Below are positions 34,502-51,600 of a DNA stretch of 64,000 bases, piece by piece (the stretch's first letter is position 1; the number at the start of each line of letters is the position of its first letter). The notes under the pieces were generated by a model that saw only the letters and a program-made list of their open reading frames with translations, had not been told where the DNA came from and ran no database searches. A program made the translations under genes and the position numbers. Source of the stretch: the human T2T-CHM13v2.0 reference genome, Homo sapiens; NCBI RefSeq assembly GCF_009914755.1, contig NC_060926.1, one strand, 5' to 3'.

Positions 34502-34620
34502 TTAACCCATTTATGCCGGAGGTTGCAAGTTTTTTGTGTGAAAAATCAGATCTTGGCAATGACCTTGAGAAGTAGGATATACATAACTCCCACAAGCTTA
34601 GCGTACCAATAATGAAACTA
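34502..34620 (-). mobile_element. MER85 (piggyBac/PGBD3-derived MITE), one end missing
   Basis: TTAA + CCCATTTATGCC terminal repeat, then GGAGGTTGCAA..GTGTGAAAAATCAGA..GACCTTGAG..AGTAGGATAT..ATAACTCCCACAAGCTTAGCG, matching MER85 as I recall it. Confidence 0.85.
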
Positions 34621-35108
34621 AGAGATGAGAGGATTGCTATGTTACATAGTACACAGAAACACAAGAACAGAGTTGTGGCAACATGGCGGTAAGTAGTTGT
34701 ATGAGAAGAAATGGGAGGAGGCAGATTGCCTGACAATACAGAACAAATAGCACAATAGAGGAAGCAGCTGGTGAATCTTGTACTCAGGAGACAAGTGAAG
34801 AGGAACACTAGAGATTCATTTCTATGGTGACAGGGTCCCATTTCAGTGTCCTTATTCTGAAAGTAATTTTGGCACTTTTATTGGAAAATAGTGAGATGTT
34901 AAACTTAGAAACGGTTTAGGAGATGCAACCCATAATGTGAAATGAAATTGTCTAAAGACCATTTTAGGAATACTTTTGTTCTTTATTTCAAATCTTATTT
35001 TGATGGTGATTTCAGAATTTCCTTCATTTTCAAGATTTCAAGTGAAATTTATTGGTGTAAAATCTGTGGGTCTCAAATAAAAAACAAAGCAGCATTTTGT
35101 TACCTTAG

Positions 35109-38896
<3,788 letters not shown>

Positions 38897-39699
38897 TAAA
38901 TTTCAAACACTAAATGGGCTTGCTTTTAAAGTAAATCAACTGTGATGTATTTCTCATAGGAAAGAATCTCAGTGCAAAATAAATAGAAATCAGACTGGTG
39001 ATTAAAGCTTTTTTAATTGTGGGGTAAAGAGTTACCATATTTTAACAAGTATATTTTATGTTTAAGTGTAGTATTTTTATTTTGCTTGCACAATTTTATG
39101 TTTTTATTTCATTGTGAATTTATTTTCTGTGTTAGATTTCCTTAAAATTTGATTTTTTCCCCCTGCATATCCCTCAGGTTTATTAGTTTAGCATATATAA
39201 GTAGATTTTTCAGGTTATATGTTTTTTCATACCCACTCTGTCTCACCAGCAGCATAGGTATTGGATTCAGGTTAACAGTTGGGCTCGTGAGACAAAATTA
39301 GCTTCACCAGGCACTAAGGTTACTTACCCTTAAGAAAGGATATAGGGCAGGAAACGGCATGGCTGGTACATCAACAGCATAGAGGCGCTGTCATGATTTC
39401 CAGGCACAGCTTGCGTATATCCCAAACATCTCACACTTGATAATATACCTGTTCCTTAGAAACATAACTGGGTAAGGAAGGATTATCTTAGTTCAGTGAA
39501 GCCATTACATCTACGGTCTCTTCAGCTTTTATACCTTGTTCCCATTCTCAAGTGCAGCAACATCTCATCAGTACTGGAAAAGCAGTCTGCACAGTGAACC
39601 AGAAGTCCTTGGTCAAGTACAAGTAACTTCAGCCAGATTTTCATGTATCTTGGGTTTAGTATATTCCTGTAAATTATCAGTTACAAATTTCAAGGATGA

Positions 39700-40130
39700 T
39701 TCAGGCACAGCAGCACATGTGCCTGTAGTCCTAGCTACTCAGGAGACTGAGAGAAAGAGGATTACTAGAGCCCAGGAGTTTGAGGCCAGCCTGTGCAACA
39801 TAGCAAGACCCCATCTTCATAAATAAACAAGGTTAGGCATGGTAGCCCACACCTGTAATCCCAACACTTACGGAGGTTGAGACAGGAAGATCCCTTGAGC
39901 CCAGGAGTTCGAGACTAGCCTAGGCAACATGGGGAGAACTTGTCTCTACAAAAATAAAAATTAAAAAAATTAGCAGGGCATGGTGGCATACACCTGTGTT
40001 TCCAGTTACTCAGGAGGCCGAGACAGAAGTATCACTTGAGCCCGGAAGGTCAAGACTGCAGTGAGCTATGGTCTGCACTCTAGCCTGGGCAACAGAGCAA
40101 GACCCTGTCTCCAAAAAAAAAAAAAAAAAG
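39700..40130 (+). repeat. Alu monomer plus AluJ-like element
   Basis: Diverged Alu consensus and A-tail. Confidence 0.85.
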
Positions 40131-41933
40131 GCAAGGATAAATTTTCCAAATACCAAATCTTCAGATGTTCCTGAGGCTAAGGTGGGGCTAAAGGAAAGGT
40201 CGCAAATCAGCTGTTAACCCTTTCAACTAAGGTTCTGTAACCAAACAACCAACAGATAATCCAAAGATATATTTTCTTTGTTTTCCTTGACTTTTTATTG
40301 TGGAACATACTAATTTATACACAAGTGAATAAAATAATATAACACTTTTTCTTTAGCTAGCTTCAGGAGTTTATTTATGGCCAATCTTGTTTTACCCATC
40401 ACTAGCCACTTTTCCCTTTCCTATTATTTTGAAACAAATTCCAGGCATAATATTTTATCAATAAATGTTATTTCTAAAAGATGATTCTTAAAAACAGTAC
40501 CATAATGATACACACATACACATTCCTAAATACTAAAAATCCTGACAGTGTTCAGATTGTAATTGTTTCATTAATGTTAATTAATTTTTTGCTGTGTGAA
40601 TCAATCCAAATGAAGTTCAGACATTGAAATTGGTCTTGTAAGTTGTGTTTTGTTTCTTAATAAATTCCCTCACCATCTTGTTTTATGTTTCCTTGAAATG
40701 TATTTCTCAGAAAAGGTAGGTCATTTGTCATGTAGCATTTTCTATAATTGAACATACTGGATTTTACTAATTGAGTCCTTACTGTGTTATGTAATGTTGA
40801 TCAGATGCAGTTGTGACTTGAAATTCCTTTTAATGAAAACAGGAGTCACACAGGACAAGTTGTCTCTGTGTTTTGCAGCAGCCATGGGTTATCAGTGCCT
40901 CACAAGAAGTTGTAAAACGATATTTTAACACTATAATTTCTTTTTCATTTATTCCTGGAATGCTTCTGACAAAGAGCTATTTCCCTTCATCCATTTCATT
41001 AGCCAGTGGTGCAGTTTGTACCACAAAGGCAAGATAAATGCTTTATACTTTATGAGTATCACTGTGAACTAATGTATTTCTAATATAATCTGATACATCT
41101 CAATTTATTGTAGTTCTCATGTATATATCAATATTGTCCCATCTTTGGCCCCAGTTAGCCTCTTCAAATCCACCATGATTTGAATGAGTATACCTTTAGA
41201 TGGGTCAAGCTCCTCCCAATTTGTAGTATCTTCTTCTAATTCTTGTTATGTTACACCTTCTAGCTTCACTTATTTATATTAATTGATCCTTTAAACTCTG
41301 AGTTTTTTTTTTTTACCCTTTTTAAAGTTACTGCTTCCTTAACTGAAATAAAATTTCAATTTAAAATGACTTTTTGTAGAGTCCCCAAAACATTCTATTC
41401 ATCATGGGCAATTGACTTCCCTCTGTTATGAGTCTCCTCTTGAGCTAAATTTCTTAATTATTAGAAGACTGCTTGGGCACTGAAATATAAGCCCATGCCA
41501 GTGAAATCCATTTCTTATCTCTCCATGTTGCTGTAAAGCAGTTTTTCTGTTATTTCCCTGCACTAGTTCTGCCAATCTTGATAATAAGAGGGAAAGTGGA
41601 AAACTACAAGATTAGAACATGGGACTCTTCATTGTTATTCTGTGCTTTTAAAAAAATTTCTTATTCAGATGTTTGTTAACATTAGTTTAGCATTTTAGAC
41701 TCACCTATTTTTTAAAGTTCTTTGGATTAATAGATAAAACTTTGACCAGTGAATTCTGGAGATCTGGACTCTAATCCTGAGTCTTGACTCCTTTCCTGTA
41801 CTTGCCAGTTCACATAGCTTGATGATCTAAGTGCTAAATACTGAACTTAGTGAGAATCTGCAGAAAATTTAAATCTCCTTCCACAAAGTTTGTCTAAAAA
41901 TTGTTGATCAAAACCTTTTTGTTTTTATTAAAG

Positions 41934-42147
41934 TTAAGAAAGAAGAAAAGAAAAGGCATAAATCATCATCATCTTCCTCCTCCTCATCTAGTGACTCAGA
42001 TAGCTCAAGTGATTCTCAGTCCTCTTCTGATTCCTCTGATTCCGAAAGTGCTACTGAAGAGAAATCAAAGAAAAGAAAAAAGAAACATCGGAAAAATTCC
42101 CGAAAACACAAGAAAGAAAAGAAAAAGCGAAAGAAAAGCAAGAAGAG
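41934..42147 (+). CDS. PPIG: PPIG coding exon (214 nt): Lys-rich / poly-Ser-Asp low-complexity region
   Basis: Frame continuity VKKEEKKRHKSSSSSSSSSSDSDSSSDS...KKRKKSKK; AG acceptor; weak GTCTTA donor inferred from phase with the next exon. Confidence 0.93.
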
Positions 42148-42925
42148 GTCTTAATTTTACTTTTCTAATGCTAGCTTTATATTCTGATTTCCTTTCTGTA
42201 AATCTGTTAGGATTTTGGGTCAATTATATGAAACTGTTAAAATAGTGAGAAATATAGCATGGAGCGTAGGACTTTTGATATTCCACAGTCTATAGATTAA
42301 ATTTTGGGTACGTTCATTTTCTTTTGAAACAAAACCTATCAGTTCATTTTTTTGTGTACTCAATGAAATAATACAGCTTTGGTGTTACAGATTTGTGTGT
42401 TTTATAGGAGGATTATGGGATTTATGAAAATTGCAGAAAACCACCAGTTGTTTTTCCTATTTTCAGTAGCAGTCCCCTTTGCTCTTACGATAGCATAAGG
42501 ATAGAAAGCAGATAATGTCAGTGTATTTTACTTTCTTTTCCATTTTGCTTGAAATAATCTGTGTTTGTACTAAAACTTGTCTTCATCTGCCTATGGCTCA
42601 AATGCAGTTAATTTCTTTACCCATGTTTTAAAGTATTTTAAATTTATCAGAGTGCATTGCTCACATAGTTTCATATTTTTTATCCATTTTGTAGGAAAAT
42701 ATTTTTTGAGAGTGTGATAATCGAAACGTTTTGTTTTGTTTGTTTTTTGATTGGTTAGTTGGTTTGTCAGAGGAATAGAAGATTTTTCCCATGCGATCAC
42801 ATCTTTGGTAAGGACAGGATGTTTATATTATAGTGATATAAAGGAAAGAAATACCAACAATTGGATACTTCCGTAAGGACATAATAACCAACTGTAACTT
42901 GTTTTGTGTGTTTCTGTCTGTTAAG

Positions 42926-43093
42926 TGCATCTAGTGAGAGTGAAGCTGAAAATCTTGAAGCACAACCCCAGTCTACTGTCCGTCCAGAAGAGATCCCTCC
43001 TATACCTGAAAATAGATTCCTAATGAGAAAAAGTCCTCCTAAAGCTGATGAGAAGGAAAGGAAAAACAGAGAGAGAGAAAGGGAAAGAGAGTG
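42926..43093 (+). CDS. PPIG: PPIG coding exon (168 nt): SASSESEAENLEAQPQSTVRPEEIPPIPENRFLMRKSPPK...ERE
   Basis: ttaAG acceptor and GTATGT donor; lies within ORF 42906-43178. Confidence 0.96.
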
Positions 43094-43619
43094 GTATGTG
43101 AATGTGTATATTTTGCCTTACATGGTTTACCATAGAACTTTTCTTTTTAAAAAGTTATTTATTTTAAACAAGATTTAATTGGTGACCTTGTCCCAAGATT
43201 GAAATCTTTTTTATAAAATGTTCTTCCGCAAAGTTCTTTTTTGCCAACCACATAACTAGAAAGGGAAATTGACTTACATTACAAGTAGGTTCTGAAGTAA
43301 AGTTACACATAATAAACACTAATACAAAAAAGAGATGTTAAGCAGCATTCCAAGCCAATAACAAGATACTCTTTAACCAGTAAAACAAGATAGTGTTTTA
43401 TAGTGTTATTTGTGTACAGTAAACTCTTAAGCAAGTAAGAATCTTGGTTTTTCAGTTTGTCTAATAGGAAAAACTGCTGTTTTCCTTACTTGGTTTACAA
43501 CATTGTAATAAAAATTGATGTCATGTTCAAATCCTGAAAAAAGTTTACTACATAAATCTACATTATTAATATCTGTAATGCTAATGGTTCTTTATCAGTC
43601 ATTTTAATAACTATGTCCA

Positions 43620-43932
43620 GGCTGGGTGCAGTGGCTCACGCCTGTAATCCCAGCACTTTGGGAGGCTGAGGCGGGCAGATCACGAGGTCAGGAGATGGAG
43701 ACCATCCTGGCTAACATGGTGAAACCCCATCTCTACTAAAAATACAAAAAATTAGCCGGGTGTGGTGGCGGGTGCCTGTAGTCCCAGCTACTCAGGAGGC
43801 TGAGGCAGGAGAATGGCATAAGTAAACCTGGGAGGCGGAGCTTGCAGTGAGCCGAGATCACGGCACTGCACTCCAGCCTGGGTGACAGAGTGAGACTCCG
43901 TCTCAAAAATAATAATAATAATAATAATAATA
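43620..43932 (+). repeat. AluY-like element with (AAT)n tail, TSD AATAACTATGTCCA
   Basis: Alu consensus; flanking direct repeat. Confidence 0.92.
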
Positions 43933-44023
43933 ACTATGTCCAAAAGTAGAAAAAGGAATATTGAAATATTTTTCTTAGTTATGATCAGAAATACATTGTC
44001 ATAATACAAGTAATAAAATTCTT

Positions 44024-44241
44024 GGCCAGGCATAGTGGCTCACACCTATAATCCCAGCACTTTGGGAGGCCAAGGTGGGCAGATCACTTGAGCCACCATG
44101 CCCAGCTAATTTTTTGTATTTTTAGTAGAGACTGGGTTTTACTGTGTTAGCCAGGATGGTCTCCATCTCCTGACCTCATGATCCGCCCACCTCGGCCTCC
44201 CAAAGTGCTGGGATTACAGGCATGAGCCACCGCACCCGGCC
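44024..44241. repeat. Inverted Alu chimera (sense left-arm fragment fused to antisense left arm)
   Basis: Orientation switches at TGAGCC (~44089-44094). Confidence 0.88.
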
Positions 44242-44325
44242 CAGATTCATTTTTATTAAAGTAACATGTCTGGCCAACAAAAGTTTTTAAAAAAATGTGT
44301 TAACTTTCTGTTTGCTTCCTTCTAG

Positions 44326-44413
44326 TAATCCACCTAACTCCCAGCCTGCTTCATACCAGAGACGACTTTTAGTTACTAGATCTGGCAGGAAAATTAAAGG
44401 AAGAGGACCAAGG
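44326..44413 (+). CDS. PPIG: PPIG coding exon (88 nt): NPPNSQPASYQRRLLVTRSGRKIKGRGPR
   Basis: ttctAG acceptor and GTAGGT donor; SGRKIKGRG motif typical of the PPIG/NKTR family. Confidence 0.96.
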
Positions 44414-44849
44414 GTAGGTGATTCTTTCCCCAGAGATCTTCACAATATTGCATTTGTCTTCCTTAAATAATTTTAGGGTGTTTCTTAAATATTATTTTAA
44501 TGTGCAAGTAACTAAAATTTAGGGGAGATGCAGGCATTGAATTATATATTCTCTTTCTTAAGCAGCTTCTGTATGTTGGTACTTCCCAACAGAAAATCCA
44601 TGAGATATGAATAGATTTTACATTTACATGGTATAAAATGGGATCGAGGTCTTTCTTGTCTCCCGTGTTTCTTGGCAATCACTGTATCTCTATTCTTGTT
44701 AAAAATAAATAAAAATTAACCCTATTCTTGTATTTTATTCTTTTTTTATTTACTAGAGTGTCCTCATCAGAATTTAAATATCTTGTGCTTTCAAAACTTT
44801 ATAGAAACTTGGCTATACTTTCCTGTCTTAATGTCTTCACTTCCTACTT

Positions 44850-46790
<1,941 letters not shown>

Positions 46791-47256
46791 ACATCTACAC
46801 ATTTACTCTGTTTTCCCCATAATATGAGAAATATTTGCTTTGAAACATTAAGTATATATAACATTTAGATTGGAACTTGGCAACTTATGAGTTGCTCTAG
46901 CATTACTTGGTTAGGACTCTTCCATGGAGAAGACGTATGGCTAGCAGCTAAAGTTTTTGTGATTAATGTTTCTTGGAATTTGCAACATGACAACTTAAGT
47001 TTCTCTGCCTCATTGATTTCCTATATGAAAATTGGGAAATTTTAGTAATTTTCAGGGTATAGAAATATCAGACGTTTTATTTTAACCTGGAAACATATAC
47101 TTTTAAGCTACTGTTTCAATGCTTTTTATATTTTTTTTATTTTGTACCCCTTACTACCTCCTGACCCTCACCCCAGTACTTCCCTCCCTCCCAGCACCCA
47201 TGCGAGTCCCTCTATACTTCTGTACATTAATTTTTCCCCATTTTAATTTTCTTTAG

Positions 47257-47393
47257 CGTTATCGAACTCCTTCCAGATCCAGATCAAGGGATCGTTTCAG
47301 ACGTAGTGAGACTCCTCCACATTGGAGGCAAGAGATGCAGAGAGCTCAAAGAATGAGGGTATCAAGTGGTGAAAGATGGATCAAGGGGGATAA
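47257..47393 (+). CDS. PPIG: PPIG coding exon (137 nt): RYRTPSRSRSRDRFRRSETPPHWRQEMQRAQRMRVSSGERWIKGD
   Basis: ctttAG acceptor and GTAAGA donor; RYRTP and ETPPHW motifs. Confidence 0.97.
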
Positions 47394-47577
47394 GTAAGAT
47401 TTAACTATTATTATTTCAAATGTAATGATAAGTGTTTGCTTTTACTATTATACATAAAGTTATTGTCATTTTAGTTATTGCTGAATACCTTAAGAAAAGT
47501 AGAATATCATTTTAGCTAATAATATCTACAGTTCTTTTCCTAATAACATTTCCCCAATTCTTTTTCTTATTTTTTAG

Positions 47578-48688
47578 GAGTGAGTTGAATGAAATAAAAG
47601 AAAATCAGAGAAGTCCAGTTAGAGTAAAAGAGAGAAAAATAACAGATCACAGGAATGTATCTGAGAGTCCAAACAGAAAAAATGAAAAGGAGAAGAAAGT
47701 TAAAGACCATAAATCTAACAGCAAAGAGAGAGACATCAGAAGAAATTCAGAAAAAGAAGACAAGTATAAAAACAAAGTGAAGAAAAGGGCCAAATCTAAA
47801 AGTAGGAGTAAGAGCAAAGAGAAATCAAAGAGTAAAGAAAGAGATTCAAAACATAATAGAAATGAAGAAAAGAGGATGAGGTCAAGGAGTAAAGGAAGGG
47901 ATCATGAAAATGTTAAAGAAAAAGAAAAGCAGTCTGATTCTAAAGGAAAAGATCAGGAAAGGAGTAGAAGTAAAGAGAAGTCTAAACAGTTAGAATCAAA
48001 GAGTAATGAGCATGATCACAGTAAAAGTAAGGAAAAGGATAGACGCGCACAATCCAGGAGTAGAGAATGTGATATAACTAAAGGTAAACACAGTTATAAT
48101 AGCAGAACAAGAGAACGAAGCAGAAGTAGGGACAGAAGCAGAAGAGTGCGATCAAGAACCCATGACAGAGATCGCAGCAGAAGCAAGGAGTACCATAGAT
48201 ACAGAGAACAGGAATACAGGAGAAGAGGACGGTCACGAAGCCGAGAGAGAAGAACACCACCAGGAAGATCAAGAAGTAAAGATAGGAGGAGAAGGAGGAG
48301 AGACTCACGGAGCTCAGAGAGAGAAGAAAGTCAAAGCAGAAACAAAGACAAATACAGAAACCAAGAGAGTAAGAGCTCACACAGAAAAGAAAATTCTGAG
48401 AGTGAGAAAAGAATGTACTCTAAAAGTCGTGATCATAATAGCTCAAATAACAGCAGGGAAAAAAAGGCTGATAGAGATCAAAGTCCCTTCTCAAAAATAA
48501 AACAAAGCAGTCAGGACAATGAATTAAAGTCCTCCATGTTGAAAAATAAGGAGGATGAGAAGATCAGATCCTCAGTGGAAAAAGAAAACCAAAAATCAAA
48601 AGGTCAAGAAAATGACCATGTACATGAAAAAAATAAAAAATTTGATCATGAATCAAGCCCTGGAACAGATGAAGACAAAAGCGGATGA
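47578..48688 (+). CDS. PPIG: PPIG last coding exon: Arg/Ser/Lys/Glu-rich RS-like domain ending ...GTDEDKSG*
   Basis: Pyrimidine tract + AG ending 47577; ORF 47585-48688; exon lengths sum to 2265 nt = 754 aa + stop. Confidence 0.98.
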
Positions 48689-51600
48689 GTGAGTTATATA
48701 AACTTACTTCCATTCTGTTTCGGATTTTAAGTTTGAGAGACTTGCTAATGAATCTCCTTTATGTTGTTTTCCTTTTCATTGTTTTTGGATTGTTTTATGT
48801 TTGTCCTTTTTTTTCTTAATGTGGATTTCATTGAGTTGATTTTTTGATAATCTGCAATCTGGATAATTTGTACTGCTAAAGTTTTAATAAACTCGACATG
48901 AGAAAAACACTTTGGTGTAGTACTGTGTGCTGTGTTTAACTATTTTATGTATGCATTACTGTGTTGCAACAATTAGCCAATAGCATCCTAATTTGTTTAG
49001 TCAGCCATTTGGAATGGTTGCAATGCATTGTTGCAAAAGCTTGTGTTTCTCATGATTAAAGTAACTTTAGAAGCCACTAGAAGACATCTTGTATAGATTT
49101 TCTGATTGCGTTATAAATAGAGGTTTGCAGCGGTTTCTTTTAATTACACAGAAGCAGGGTCCTAATAACCTGAGATCTTAAATCATCACTTTTGATTTTA
49201 TAGTAATTTGTGCTTTAAAATAGATGTATTTATATTGCACTTCATACTCTATTCTTTATAGTTCGAGCCATAGCTTGTTTCCTATTAATGCTTTTCCTGT
49301 CTAGTTGTGTTTTACTTAACTGCCTATAAAAATCGTAAGAGTAATTTTTTTCAGTTGATGTACTGATTGAGCTTGAGTTGCTGTTATACAGCATTTGACA
49401 GGAACTATACCTTGGAAAATCAGATTGTGATTCTCAGTTCTGTGTTGCTTTTGGTTTGAAGAGTTTTGGGAACGTTTTAATTATTAATTACCCTTCTCTA
49501 AACTTTAAAAAAAAAAAAAGCTTTTCTCATTAAAACATACCATTTGTGCAGGTCCTTAAGCTATACAGATTCTAAAAATTGTTAGTATTGAGACATTAAC
49601 TTCTAAGATTTCTCTTTTTTGGCCTCCAACCTATATAGAATTGAGTGTTAACTCTGCATGGATTTTGTTTGTTTTAATTGAACTGACTTCTCTAACTCTC
49701 ATAGCTGTGAGTTCCAAATGGCAAGAAAATGCATCTTTTCTATATATGTATCACGATAGGCTATAGCATGTTTATGACTCTGGTTTCTTTCTCTTCAGGT
49801 GGTTTTATACCATTACTGTTAATGTTATTTTAACTTGGCATGTATAACATTGCCATATAGAGTAGAGTAGAAAGTTGCAAATTTTGATAGTTTACAGAGT
49901 TAAACACTAAACATATCCAAAGTCCATTTAGAGTTTTGGGTGTTGTATTTTGCCATTTTTGTGATGTGTGGCCTTTTATTCTGTAATCTCTTCTAAATAA
50001 AACATTGAACATCCAGCAAACATAAAACCTGCCTCATTTGAAAAGGAATTTCAAAATTCCAATTAATAGGATTCTCTAGAGAGTTTTGTACTTTAATATT
50101 TGTCAGTGTAGTGTCAACTCTGTTACCAAGGTAGCTTCTTGGTAAATCCAGTAGCTACTCAATGCTATTTGTACTGAATAAAGCAATTATTAACATGATA
50201 CTTCCCACTATTGATTAATGCAATATTGATATATTTGGCGTTGTGGTAGCTGTTGCAGAATGAATAGTGTAATGACCATAAGATTGCTTGGAAAATTGTA
50301 ATACAGATATCCACAATGAATTCTTTCCAAAATTTTTTTTTCCGATGATAAAAGTAGTAGATGTTTATTATAAAATCCAAGGTGATTGATTCCTTAGAGA
50401 CTGACCACAAACCCACATTAGGGATAATTGAGTCTGAGTGCCCAAGCTATATAACGTTATGTAGTTTAAGCAAGTTATTGTTTGTCTTAATTTCAGTTAA
50501 CTGCATTTTAAAATTGTTGTTATAAACTATTTGAGCTTTAAGAAAGGTGCTATTTAAGAAAGGATTTCTAATAACAGTTAAATATTTTTTTAAGTCCATG
50601 CTAAGTAAAAATTCTTACATGTTGTCTGATCCCAGAGCTTTATCTACTAAAAATTATACATAAGGATTTTCAAATCTTAGAGTTTCAAAAAGTAACCATA
50701 GGGAAAAAAATTGTAGTAATTTCTATAGGCAATATTCTGTTTGGGTTATCAAAAGAGCAACTCCATGCTCCGCATTATTTATAGTCCTTATTTTAAAGTT
50801 TTATTAGCTCTCTTTACAGAACAGATGTGAAGGAGTTGAGAGGACAATCAACTAGATTTTATTTTTAGAATATAAAGAACATTTTTAAAATGATTAAACA
50901 GCATTAACTGTACCTCAGGATCTGCGCATGCATCTGAATAGCACACGGCTCAAATGGTCCTTTCCTTTTGTTACATTTAGTAGTTGTGCCATCTTTAGTT
51001 TTTGCTTTGAACATTGTTTTCCTAAAAGTCAACTATTACTTTCCCATCAAGTTGGTTTTATAGTTATGTCTAAATTTATGGTTCATGTCAAAGTATTTTT
51101 GACTTAATATCCTTTTAAAAATATTTAAACTGATTTATTGCTCAATTGGTGATAGCTGAGAAAATTTTTTCAATATGTAGAATTTTCATGGTTATTTTGT
51201 ATGAATTATTTTTCTGGGTAAGCCATCTGCCACAGAAATTGACACTATGGTGAGATTAATGTTAATGAAATGAGCAGTAGAGAAGCTACTGGATTGCTTT
51301 AAAACATTCTTTGATTAAATTACTACATAGTTGGTAAGTTCATAGTTTTAAGTTACTTAATTGAAGCCCTCAGAAGTTGCAAAGAATTTATCTGATAAAT
51401 CTGCCTTTGCACAAATGTGATACTGATGCATGGACGGCTTTGCGGAATGACCTTTGATATTTGTGCCTAGTGGAAGGTATGGAGCTAAACAATTAAAGAA
51501 CTCTTCATTATGGATAGGCACATATTGGATCTCTGGTATTTTGGGTAGTGGTATTAACTTGACAATTCTAATTTATTTTAGTTAGTATATGTAGCAAGTT

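Noticed and set aside
41901-42245. 114-aa ORF with His/Pro runs
   Set aside because: Alternative frame of the PPIG Ser-rich exon
48078-48500. Overlapping alternate-frame (112 aa) and antisense (100 aa) ORFs in the last PPIG exon
   Set aside because: The purine-rich, T-poor composition of the RS-coding exon suppresses stop codons; no independent evidence
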